In this document: positions 40,201-49,853 of the stretch, piece after piece | How the letters are laid out: each line of letters starts with the position of its first letter | Numbering within the stretch: the stretch's first letter is position 1 | NCBI GenBank assembly: GCA_963707985.1 | Contig: CAVPRW010000015.1 | Coordinates: 32,001 to 96,000, forward strand | Direction of reading: 5' to 3' | Length of the DNA stretch: 64,000 nt | From: an uncultured Nitrospinota bacterium | GTDB taxonomy: Bacteria > Tectomicrobia > Entotheonellia > J063 > CAVPRW01 | The notes under the pieces: model-generated | Told to the model about the DNA's origin: nothing | The model's input: the letters and a program-made list of their open reading frames with translations, nothing else | Database searches by the model: none | Made by a program: the position numbers and the translations under genes

Positions 40201-41787
40201 TTACAATTCCACCAGGGTCGCGTAGAAGATGTTGGGCAGCCGACGTATCTCGTGCATGATCGTGTCGGGAATCGCGGAGTCGACGTTGACCACCGCCACT
40301 GCCATGCCATGCGGGGCGACTCGTCCCAGTTGCATGCCAGCGATGTTGACCTGATTGCTGCCCAGGATCGTCCCGATCTTGCCAATCACCCCCGGCGTAT
40401 CCTGGTTGGAGAACACGAGCATGTGGCCGCTCGGCACCGCCTCCAGGCGATAGTCGTCGACCCCCACGATGCGTGGCTCCTTGCGGCCGAAGAGGGTGCC
40501 AGCTACCTGTCGTTTGGACTTGTCCGTCGTCAACTCGATGGTAATCAGGCTGCTGTAGTCCTCCACGTCACTGCTAATCGTCTCGCTGACACGAATCCCG
40601 CGCTCCTTTGCCAGATGCGGGGCGTTGACCACATTGACATGATCTGGCAGGGATTTTTTTAGGATGCCGGTCAGGAGGGCAGCGGTAATCGGCTTAAACT
40701 CCAAGGCGCCGGCATCGCCACTGTAGCGCACCGCAATGTCCGTGAGCCCCCCTTCGACCATCTGCACGACGAAGCTGCCAAGCAGCTCTGCAAGGTGCAT
40801 GTACGGTTCAACTTTGCGCAACATCTCGGCATCAAGAGGGTAGACATTCACCGCGTTGCGAATGGAGCCAGATTGTAGGTAATCGATCATCTGCTGGGCG
40901 ATATCGACGGCGACGCGCTCCTGCGCTTCCTCAGTGGAGGCTCCCAGGTGCGGCGTACAGAGCACAGCGGGATGGTGCACCAGGGATAGCTCATCATCAC
41001 TTGGAGGTTCGTGCTCAAACACATCGAGCGCAGCACCGACCACTGTCCTTAATTGGAGGGCCTCATAGAGCGCGGCTTCGTCGATGATACCGCCGCGGGC
41101 GCAGTTCACGACGCGCACGCCACGCTTCATGAGGGCAAATTCGTCACGGCCGATGAGATGGGTGGTGCCACGGGTTTTAGGCGTATGGACGGTGATGAAA
41201 TCCACTCGGGGGAGCAATTCCGAGAGCTCCAAAAGCTCAACCCCCATGCTCTGGGCACGTTCCCGAGAGACAAAGGGATCATAGCCCAGGGTGGTTATTC
41301 CCAACCCCTGAGCCTTCTTCGCCACCAGAGCCCCAACTCGGCCCAGACCGATGACCCCCAAGATTTTCCCAACCACCTCCACACCGACGAAGCGTTCACG
41401 CTCCCACTCCCCGCGTTTCATGGCCTCATCAGCCGGCGCAATGTTGCGTGCCAGGGCTAACAGCATAGCGATCGTGTGCTCGGCAGCGGTGTTGGTATTG
41501 CCCTCTGGCGTGTTCATGACTACCACGCCCGCCGTCGTCGCTGTCGCGACGTCGATATTATCCACACCAATGCCAGCACGGCCGACGACCCGCAGCCGGC
41601 GTGCGTTGACCAGGAGCTCAGCGGTGACTTTGGTGCGGCTGCGTACGATCAAGCCCTCATATTCCCCGATACAGGCCTTCAGCGCCTCAGCAGAGACATC
41701 GGGGCAGTAATCGACCTCCAGCCCCGTAGCCTTCCGCAAGAGGTCGAGTCCTGACGCTGCAATGCTGTCACTGACTAGGATACGCAT
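40201..41787 (-). CDS. serA: D-3-phosphoglycerate dehydrogenase with ASB/ACT domains
   Basis: GRAGIGVDNID, GLGRVG, NCARGG, PHLGASTEEAQ, DTPGVIG. Confidence 0.96.
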   Translation of the reverse strand: MRILVSDSIAASGLDLLRKATGLEVDYCPDVSAEALKACIGEYEGLIVRSRTKVTAELLVNARRLRVVGRAGIGVDNIDVATATTAGVVVMNTPEGNTNTAAEHTIAMLLALARNIAPADEAMKRGEWERERFVGVEVVGKILGVIGLGRVGALVAKKAQGLGITTLGYDPFVSRERAQSMGVELLELSELLPRVDFITVHTPKTRGTTHLIGRDEFALMKRGVRVVNCARGGIIDEAALYEALQLRTVVGAALDVFEHEPPSDDELSLVHHPAVLCTPHLGASTEEAQERVAVDIAQQMIDYLQSGSIRNAVNVYPLDAEMLRKVEPYMHLAELLGSFVVQMVEGGLTDIAVRYSGDAGALEFKPITAALLTGILKKSLPDHVNVVNAPHLAKERGIRVSETISSDVEDYSSLITIELTTDKSKRQVAGTLFGRKEPRIVGVDDYRLEAVPSGHMLVFSNQDTPGVIGKIGTILGSNQVNIAGMQLGRVAPHGMAVAVVNVDSAIPDTIMHEIRRLPNIFYATLVEL

Positions 41788-41842
41788 CGATGATCTTACC
41801 TCCGGTGCTGTGGTCTATGGCCTGCGGGGCCAGCCGGGGTTA

Positions 41843-42991
41843 CTAGCCAATAGATGTGCCCAAGACTTCCTGCGCCGCCCGCACTCCAGCTCCCCATTCG
41901 AGCGGATACCCGAGATGATGAAGCACGATCTCGACTGCTGACACCATCGTGACCACGTCAAAGATATCGACATAGCCCATATGTGCCAACCGGAATACTT
42001 TACCACGCAAGCGATCCTGCCCACCCACGATGGTGATATTGCACAACTCCTGGAATAGCTTGGGGATACGCGCACCGTCGATCCCAGCCGGAACACGGAT
42101 GACTGTGAGCGCATCGCTGGGGGATTTCTCTGCCAGCAGCGATAAGCCCAGGGCCTTGATGCCGGCGCGTGTGGCCTCGGCGAGCTGCCGATGGCGCTCA
42201 AAGATGCGCTCGAGCCCTTCCGCACGGATGGCTCTGAGCGACGCCCGGAGGGCGACCACCACAGGAGTGGGCAAGGTATAAGGATGGTCATCCTGCTCCA
42301 GTTCACTGCGAATCTTGGGCAGATCGAAATAATAGCGCGGCAAGTTGGTCTCCGCCGCCCGCTGCCAAGCCCTGTCGCTCATCGCCACAAAGGCCAACCC
42401 CGGTGGCAGCATCATGGCTTTTTGTGAGCCGGCGACGACGGCGTCGAGTCCCCATGCATCCGTGCGGATATCAGTAGCACCAAGGGCGGACACCGCGTCC
42501 ACCAGGAGCAGGGCTTGCGGATGCGCTTTGACGATTTCCCCCAGGGCCCGTACATCGTGGGCCGCGCCCGTGGAGGTTTCACACGCCTGGACGCAGACAC
42601 CGCGGATCGATTCATCTCGTGCCAAAGCAGCGGCCACGTCGCCCGGCTTAACGGCCTCGCCCCAGGGCACTTCCAGGGTGACGGTGGCGACGCCATAGGC
42701 GCGACAGATCTCTCCCCAGCGCTCACCGAACTTGCCGCTGCTGATGATCAGTGCCCGGTCACCAGTAGAGAACAGATTGGCCACGGCGGCCTCCATGCCA
42801 CCGGTTCCAGAGGCCGACAGGATGATGACCTCACCTGAGGTCTGGAACAGATATTTCAGGCCCTCCCGCACCTCGGAGAGGGTTTCAAGGAATTCCTGCT
42901 CGCGATGATGTAACACCGGCTTCGCGAGCTCCAGAAGGACTTCGGGGGGGACCGAGGTTGGTCCTGGGGCAAATAGATAATGTTTGCGCAT
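41843..42991 (-). CDS. class V PLP aminotransferase (alanine-glyoxylate/phosphoserine aminotransferase-like)
   Basis: PGPTSVP, SGTGGMEAA, ETSTG, VDAVS, GSQKAMMLPPG; upstream of serA. Confidence 0.92.
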   Translation of the reverse strand: MRKHYLFAPGPTSVPPEVLLELAKPVLHHREQEFLETLSEVREGLKYLFQTSGEVIILSASGTGGMEAAVANLFSTGDRALIISSGKFGERWGEICRAYGVATVTLEVPWGEAVKPGDVAAALARDESIRGVCVQACETSTGAAHDVRALGEIVKAHPQALLLVDAVSALGATDIRTDAWGLDAVVAGSQKAMMLPPGLAFVAMSDRAWQRAAETNLPRYYFDLPKIRSELEQDDHPYTLPTPVVVALRASLRAIRAEGLERIFERHRQLAEATRAGIKALGLSLLAEKSPSDALTVIRVPAGIDGARIPKLFQELCNITIVGGQDRLRGKVFRLAHMGYVDIFDVVTMVSAVEIVLHHLGYPLEWGAGVRAAQEVLGTSIG

Positions 42992-43288
42992 AATCGATCT
43001 CACCTTCATTGGGGAGGAATGCCTGACCGTTCTGGCCTGTTCGCTCCGCGGGGAGAGGCCAACGCTGACGGACACCATCCTCCAGCCATCGCCGCGCGAT
43101 ATCGCATGCGGTACCCTAGCAGAGGCATCTTCAGCTTGTCAAGGAGGGTCAGGCCCGCCATGGCGTCGCCGTTTCACCTTGTCTTTAAGGCCCAAGTCTG
43201 CTATCGTGAGCCGTTGCCTTTGCGATACTGCCATTGCGATATGTTGATGTCCGGTGAAGGGAAGCAGGCAGTGGTAAAGGGAGGTTGA

Positions 43289-44335
43289 ATGATGACATGC
43301 CGGATCGGGATTCTCGGCACCGGGTCCTATCTGCCGGCCAAGGTTCTGACGAATGACGAACTGGAACGATTTCTTGACACGCCTGCACAAAAAATCGTCG
43401 ATTTGACCGGCATCCGAGAGCGGCGTATCGCCAGCCAATACAGCGGTCCGCAGGGGGACTGGCCGACCGCGTTGTATGAGGCGATCGCGAAGGACGAAAC
43501 CACCTCCACCATGGGGGCGGTGGCCGCCCTCCAAGCTCTCGAACAGGCGCGAATCAGTCCGTTGCAGGTGCGCTATATTCTCGTGGCTACGAACTCCCAG
43601 GAACAGATTTATCCCGCCACCGCCATCAAAATTCAGCACTATATCGGTGCTGATCACGCCATTGCCTGGGATCTGCAGGCAAGCTGCACCGGCTTCATCT
43701 TTGCCCTGATCGATGCCGAGCGCCAGTTGCTGGTGGATCAATATCGCTCTGGCCGGGATCAGTATGCCCTGGTCATCGGCACAGACACCATGTCCCGTAC
43801 CATCAGTCGCTTCGATCGTAACACCGCGATCATGTTTGCCGACGGGGCCGGCGCGATAGTCCTCGGCACCCACGCCCCTGGCTGTATTCGCAGTAGTTGG
43901 TTGCGCACGCAATATAGCAGCACCATTCAACTCGACACCGAGTTCAAGCGCGGGCATGATGACAATCCCGATGAGCGTATGCCGAAAAACTTCATTTATC
44001 AGGAGGCCAAGGCGGTGTTACGCTATGCTCCGCGTGTGATGCACGAGGCTTTAATCGAGGCCTTGAAGGCCGCCGAGCTCACGGTCAATGATCTCGATTA
44101 CCTGATCACGCACCAGGCCAATCAGCGTATGGTGCAAAAAGTAGCCGAGTTGGCGCATATCGACATCTCTAAAGTGCATAGAAGCGGTGAGCGTTACGGG
44201 AACACGTCGGCCGCCACGCACCCCGTGGCGCTCGATGAGCTCTATCACGCCGGGAAAATCCAGCGTGGCAGCCTGATCGGCCTGACCTCGTTTGGGGCAG
44301 GGCTCACCTGGGGCGCCTGTGTTCTTGAATGGTAG
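43289..44335 (+). CDS. fabH: 3-oxoacyl-ACP synthase III family protein
   Basis: GTGSYLP, TGIRERR, ASCTGF (Cys), HQAN, YGNTSAA, FGAGLTWG. Confidence 0.88.
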   Translation: MMTCRIGILGTGSYLPAKVLTNDELERFLDTPAQKIVDLTGIRERRIASQYSGPQGDWPTALYEAIAKDETTSTMGAVAALQALEQARISPLQVRYILVATNSQEQIYPATAIKIQHYIGADHAIAWDLQASCTGFIFALIDAERQLLVDQYRSGRDQYALVIGTDTMSRTISRFDRNTAIMFADGAGAIVLGTHAPGCIRSSWLRTQYSSTIQLDTEFKRGHDDNPDERMPKNFIYQEAKAVLRYAPRVMHEALIEALKAAELTVNDLDYLITHQANQRMVQKVAELAHIDISKVHRSGERYGNTSAATHPVALDELYHAGKIQRGSLIGLTSFGAGLTWGACVLEW

Positions 44336-44397
44336 GGCAGCACGTCAACCCTGGAGACGCGGACGGTTGCTGACTCGCTTGACGAGAGGACGATCGG

Positions 44398-45303
44398 ATG
44401 GAGCCCATCGGCGAGCTCATCCTGGAGACTATCGGTAATACCCCACTGGTACGTATCAATCACCTGAACCCTAACCCAAATGTGAGCATCTACGCCAAGT
44501 TAGAAGGCCTCAACCCTCTTGGCAGTGTCAAAGAACGCATTGCGCTGGCCATGATCGAAGGGGCGGAGCGCGATGGGGTGCTGACCAAGGATAAAGTGAT
44601 CGTCGAATCGACCAGCGGCAACACGGGCATCGGCCTGGCGATGGTGGGGGCGATGAAGGGCTATAAGGTGCTGGTCACTATGTCCGAGCGGGTGAGTGTC
44701 GAGCGCGTGCAGATGCTCAAGATCTTGGGAGCAGAGGTGGTGCTGACCTCGGCGGCCGGGGGGTCCGATGAAGCCTGGGACAAAGCCGATGAGATTGCCC
44801 GCAATGACCCGGAGCGCTACCTACGACTCAATCAATATACCAACCACTACAACCCGCTGGTGCATTACGAGACCACCGGGGAGGAGATTTGGCGGCAGAC
44901 TGAAGGCAAGGTGGATGTGTTAGTGGTGGGCCTGGGCACCACGGGGACGATCATGGGCGCCGGGCGCCGGCTCCGTGAATACAACCCGCGCCTGCGCATT
45001 GTGGCCGTCGAGCCCCAGCCCAAACATGAGCAACAGGGCCTACGCAACATGGAGACCTCCCGTATCCCACCTATTTTGGACTGGCGTTTGATCGATGAAC
45101 GCGTCGTGGTGCTGGATGAGGATGCCTTCCGGATGGCGCGCCGCCTATGCCAGGAGGAAGGGATGTTTGCGGGAATCAGTGCCGGCACGGCGGTCTCGGC
45201 GGCGGCCGAGGTGGCCAGGGGGATGAGCGCGGGCACGATTGTCACGGTGCTCCCTGATCGCGGTGAGAAATACCTCACGACCAATCTGTTCGATAAGCCA
45301 TGA
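44398..45303 (+). CDS. cysM: PLP-dependent cysteine synthase family protein (CysM-like)
   Basis: IGNTPLV, NPLGSVKER, STSGNTG, GTTGT, PDRGEKYL. Confidence 0.88.
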   Translation: MEPIGELILETIGNTPLVRINHLNPNPNVSIYAKLEGLNPLGSVKERIALAMIEGAERDGVLTKDKVIVESTSGNTGIGLAMVGAMKGYKVLVTMSERVSVERVQMLKILGAEVVLTSAAGGSDEAWDKADEIARNDPERYLRLNQYTNHYNPLVHYETTGEEIWRQTEGKVDVLVVGLGTTGTIMGAGRRLREYNPRLRIVAVEPQPKHEQQGLRNMETSRIPPILDWRLIDERVVVLDEDAFRMARRLCQEEGMFAGISAGTAVSAAAEVARGMSAGTIVTVLPDRGEKYLTTNLFDKP

Positions 45304-45433
45304 TGGTAGGTACCGCGCGCTCGTTTCCCTCGGCTGCTGGCTTCCCTCCCCAGGCCGTCTGAGACACCCCGCTTTTTGGCTCAATGATGCGCGGGCCCGT
45401 AAAGGGCCTGTACCTCATCAGATCGTGAATGGC

Positions 45434-46492
45434 CTACCGGCTATGGGCAATACGAATCACTGGGGCTGGGCTTTCAAACACTTCCCCAACCACTGTCGCA
45501 TCAGCCACACCGCGCTCGTGCAGTTTCCGCACCAGCGCCTCGGCACGATCCGCCGCCACCGCAATGAACAGCCCACCAGAGGTCTGCGGATCGTACATAA
45601 GCATCTCTTCTTCGGGCGTGATGCCCTGATCCAGCCGAAGATATTCGGCCACCAACGCCTTGTTCTCTAGCGTCACCCCGGTCCGCACGCCTTGCTTGAT
45701 CATGTCGATGCTCTCGGGGAAATGGGGCACCCGGTCGGCATAGAGTGTGATGCCGACATTAGCCCCCTTGACCATCCACAGCGTATGTCCGGTCAGCCCG
45801 AAACCGGTGATGTCGGTACAGGCATGCGGGTCGAACTCCAGCATCGTCTCGCACGCCACTTTATTCAACGTCACCATGACTTGCACGGCACGATCCAACA
45901 CGTCGAAGCCGATGCGCTTCCCCTTGAAGCCTGTGATCAGCACGCCGGTGCCGATTTTCTTGGTCAGTACGAGTTTGTCGCCAACACGCGGCGTAGCATT
46001 GCGCACCACTTTGCGGGGATCGATCACGCCCGTCACCGACAACCCATACTTGAGCTCCGGGTCTTTGACGGTATGCCCGCCGAGCAGTATGGCACCCGCC
46101 TCGATGGTCTTCGACAAGCCGCCTTTGAGAATCTCGAGGAAATGCTTGTTCTCCAACCCCTCCGGCGGAAAATTGCACAGATTCAGCACCGTCAGCGGTC
46201 GCCCACCCATCGCATAGACATCGCTGAGCGAATTTGCCGCCGCCACCTGCCCAAAGAGGAACGGATCATCGACAACCGGCGTAATATAGTCAGCCGTTTG
46301 CACCAGAGCCATATCTTCAGACACCTTGTAGACCCCGGCGTCGTCGTTGGTCTCGGTGCCCACGATGACATTCTCATCGCGTGGGATATTCAATTCATGG
46401 AGCACGTCCGTTAACCCTAACGGACTGAGCTTGGCCGCTCAGCCACCGGTCTTGGCAAATGACGTCAGATTGCAACTGCTCTGCTCCACCAT
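45434..46492 (-). CDS. selD: selenide, water dikinase SelD, selenocysteine-containing (U18)
   Basis: MVEQSSCNLTSFAKTGG-U-AAKLSPLGLTDVL is in frame with the tracked ORF; DDAGVY, NSLSDVYAMGG, GGHT, TDITGFGL, DPQTSGGL; TGA at 46439-46441. Confidence 0.95.
46406..46425 (-). promoter_or_regulatory. bacterial SECIS-like hairpin of selD
   Basis: GTCCGTTA-GGGT-TAACGGAC: perfect 8-bp stem with a G-rich loop, starting 13 nt after the in-frame TGA. Confidence 0.8.
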
Positions 46493-46758
46493 CGGTGTCG
46501 CCCCTTCCTCATTGCATATTTATAAACAGACGGCCCACTGTCGCTAGGTCGCCATGGTGGCAAATTGATGTTGGTTTTTATCTACCATCGCCCCATCCGA
46601 AAGTCAATATGGCCAACGATGCGCGCCATAGAGGCGACGAGCAAGGGGAGAAGTCACTGGCTTGCCGCCTGCGAGTTGCACCCGTTGGCTGTTATTTGCT
46701 ATGCTATGGCGGCTCGAAAAGGCATGGACATTGGCACGTCATCCGTAGCGAGGGTTAC

Positions 46759-48010
46759 TTGGCCAACACCACCGTCACACCTTGCGTGGTTGTACACTAT
46801 CATGAGATTGCGCTGAAGGGCAAGAACCGCCCGATGTTTGTCCGACGTCTGGGTGAGAACCTCCGCGCCGCGACACAAGGGCTTGGCGTGAAGGAGATCA
46901 GACGCCTCACGGGGCGTCTGGTGTTGATCCTCTCGCCGACGGCAGCAGTCGAGGACATCCGTCGACAAGTGGCGCAAGTCCCTGGCGTTGTGAACTTCGC
47001 GTTGGCGTACCGTACACCACTGCAACTTGACATTCTCAAACCAGCGATTCTTCGGGCCCTGGACGGGCGGACGTTCCGGACATTCCGAGTGCAGACCAAG
47101 CGTGCCTTCAAGGCCTTCCCGCTGACCTCCCCTGACATCAACCGCGAGGTTGGACACTATCTTCGGGAACATCTGGGCGCTGCCGTAAACCTGGATACAG
47201 CGGACCTCACCGTGTCGATTGAAATTCTGCCCCATGAAGCATTCTTCTTCTTCAACCGTGAGACTGGGCCGGGAGGGCTCCCGGTTGGGGTGAGCGGTTC
47301 CGTGGCGTGTCTGCTGTCAGGCGGCATCGACTCGCCGGTAGCAGCCTATCGCATGTTGAAGCGGGGCTGCACGGTGGTGTTCCTGCATTTTCACAGCTAC
47401 CCGATTCTCAACCGGGTGTCACAGGAGAAGGTGCGGGATCTGGTTGCCTTACTGACGCGCTATCAATTTGCCTCGAGACTCATACTCATTCCGTTCGCGC
47501 CTATTCAGCAGCAGATCGTTGCCGAAGTCGCAGCTCCCTATCGCGTAGTGCTGTATCGGCGCTGTATGGTCCTCATTGCCGAGGGGTTGGCGCGACTCGT
47601 GGATGCCAAAGCCCTAGTGACGGGGGAAAGTGTGGGGCAGGTAGCGTCGCAAACCTTGGAAAATCTGGCGGCCATCGATGCAGTGGCGAGCCTTCCCATG
47701 TTTCGCCCCCTCATCGGCATGGATAAGCAGGAGATCGTCACACAAGCGATTGCCCTCGGGAGCTATGACATCTCCATCATCCCCGATCAAGACTGTTGCA
47801 CCCTGTTTGTGCCACCGCATCCAGCCGTTCGCGCCGATCAGCCAGGTGTTGTCCCAAATCGAAGCCAAACTTGACATGCGCGCATTGATCCAGCAAGGTA
47901 TAGACGCGGTGCAGGTGGTTGATTTCGTTCAGGAGCATGGGCGGGTTCGGGCCACCCCCAGCGCCTTGAACGCGACACCTCCAGCGGCGGGGGTGGGTGA
48001 TCATGGTTGA
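46759..48010 (+). CDS. thiI: tRNA 4-thiouridine synthase ThiI (no rhodanese domain); apparent frameshift at ~47832
   Basis: HYHEIALKGKNR, THUMP domain, GGLPVG, LLSGGIDSPVA, GQVASQT, DCC; the C-terminus continues in the 47678 frame. Confidence 0.92.
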
Positions 48011-48039
48011 CGATGGATGAGGAGGAAGGAGGAGTTATC

Positions 48040-48729
48040 ATGGCGGATGTGCGGACCAAGGCTGAACGGGTCTTTACCAACTATTTCTGCTACAAGATCG
48101 ATCCCCTCTGGCGGCGATTGCCGGCCAGTGAGCGTCAGCTGGGGGGCAAGGAGTTTCGTGCCGCCATCCACGAAGCCTCGGGCCGCGTAGCGGTGCGGTC
48201 GTATCTGACCACCGGCTTTCGAGAGGACATCGACTTTTTTCTCTGGATTCTCAGCAAAGACCCAGACCCCATTCAGGAGCTGGCGGTGAGCATCTCTCAC
48301 ACCGGCTTCGGCAAGTACCTACACATGGCCACGTCCTATTTCGCGTTGATGCGCGAATCGCCATATGTCAAGGATCACCTGCATGCACCGATGCCGGAAG
48401 TGGGAGACTGCAAATACCTGGTGGTCTACCCCTTCATCAAATCTCGCGAATGGTATTTAATGTCGTTTGACGCGCGTCAAGGCATGATGAACGAGCATAT
48501 TAAGGTGGGGCACGAATTCCCCGCGATCCGCATTAATACCGCCTATTCCTTCGGTGTAGATGATCAAGACTTTGTGGTGGCCTTCGATACCAACTCGCTG
48601 ACCGACTTTCAGGATTTGGTCATGCGCCTTCGAGAAACCGAGGCGAGCCGATATACGGTGCGCGATACCCCGATGATCGTGGGCGCGGCGAAAAGCCTCG
48701 ACGACATCCTGAGCACGGCAGGCGCCTAG
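48040..48729 (+). CDS. chlorite dismutase family protein, probably coproheme decarboxylase (HemQ/ChdC-like)
   Basis: VYPFIKSREWY, MMNEHIKVG (proximal His), NTAYSFG.DDQDFVVAF, LRETEAS.Y. Confidence 0.85.
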   Translation: MADVRTKAERVFTNYFCYKIDPLWRRLPASERQLGGKEFRAAIHEASGRVAVRSYLTTGFREDIDFFLWILSKDPDPIQELAVSISHTGFGKYLHMATSYFALMRESPYVKDHLHAPMPEVGDCKYLVVYPFIKSREWYLMSFDARQGMMNEHIKVGHEFPAIRINTAYSFGVDDQDFVVAFDTNSLTDFQDLVMRLRETEASRYTVRDTPMIVGAAKSLDDILSTAGA

Positions 48730-48908
48730 ACGCCACTCCAGCTTGTATGACTAAGTGATATATGATGAGAGCCGTGTTGGGGACGGACAAGAGGGACGAA
48801 CTCCTGATGGCGGCAACGGGGGCCAGACACGCCAGCAGGGGTCGCGCACCGCATTGCTCCCCATGAAGAGAGCGGCCCGACCCCTTGACTGTGGTACTCC
48901 GTGAGCCC

Positions 48909-48974
48909 TTACTTCTTGCTCTTAGAGGCCGACTTGGTGGGCTTCTTGGCTGGCTTTGCCTTTGCTTTAGCCAT
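48909..48974 (-). CDS. 21-aa Lys/Ala-rich basic micro-protein MAKAKAKPAKKPTKSASKSKK
   Basis: Not in the ORF track; very strong RBS (AAGGAGGGAGG-N7-ATG); clean ATG...TAA. Confidence 0.7.
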   Translation of the reverse strand: MAKAKAKPAKKPTKSASKSKK

Positions 48975-49123
48975 TGCTACGCCTCCCTCCTTCACCTATA
49001 CCCCAGGGTTCCACGCAAAGGTCTGAGAAGTGGGGCGTCTTCCCCGCGGGTTATCCCGGCGACCTTTGCTTCTCCGTGGACGGGCCATAGCCCCCCACCT
49101 CAGCAGCGCCTTCCCAACCGAAT

Positions 49124-49336
49124 TCAGGCTGATACTCGCCGACGATTTCGTGGTCGTTCCCGTGGTGGCGCTTTGCCTGTCTTGATTCCATGGCGATCGA
49201 GATATTCTTCCACCGCCTCGATGACGATCTCAGCCTTGGTTTTGCGCAACTCCCATTTGGCTTCGTCCAGTCGCTCCACCAGCTCCGCCGGAAACGTAAA
49301 CCCTACTTTCCGCTGCCCAGGCGTACCCTTCGGCAT
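49124..49336 (-). CDS. ribbon-helix-helix (CopG/MetJ-like) DNA-binding protein, 70 aa
   Basis: RKVGFTFPAELVERLDEAKWELRKTKAEIVIEAVEEYL has the RHH pattern; GGAGGT RBS. Confidence 0.82.
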   Translation of the reverse strand: MPKGTPGQRKVGFTFPAELVERLDEAKWELRKTKAEIVIEAVEEYLDRHGIKTGKAPPRERPRNRRRVSA

Positions 49337-49372
49337 ATGCACCTCCCCCGCGTGGAACACTGGATAGCGAGG

Positions 49373-49401
49373 AATATAGGCTAGTCCAGCTAGACTGTCA
49401 A
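49373..49401 (-). promoter_or_regulatory. sigma70-type promoter (TTGACA-N17-TATATT) with a palindrome in the spacer
   Basis: TTGACAGTCTAGCTGGACTAGCCTATATT; AGTCTAG/CTGGACT is an imperfect inverted repeat. Confidence 0.65.
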
Positions 49402-49853
49402 GTCGTTTCATATAGATTAGGTAGAACTTTTTTGTCCTCTTTCTATACCCTGACTTCCCATACTACTCGAATAGCTCACCTATCTGAGGTGGGTCGAATC
49501 CAGAAATGATTGGATCGATAAGTGGTTACACGTCTGCATTAGCTGCCTATGCAAGCACTCTGGCATGCCGCAATGGCCTTCCCCCCTTGTCACGTGGCCA
49601 CCTTCTAGTGTAGTATCAACAGCAGGGTTGGGCCAGAAACTCCAGTCCACCCGCGAGATTACACCCCGTGCAAGTGCCTCAAGGAGTTGACGTTCACTGC
49701 CGAAGACCGGCTGCAGCCGGTCTTCCGTTATCAGAGTTGTGGCGTGGGATGGTGAGCCAATGGCCACGGCGGATGGAAGCTGTTAAGCGCTGACAAACTG
49801 CAACGACGCGTGTGCATTCACGGCTTCAATTTTCTCACACGAGGAAGACGCCT

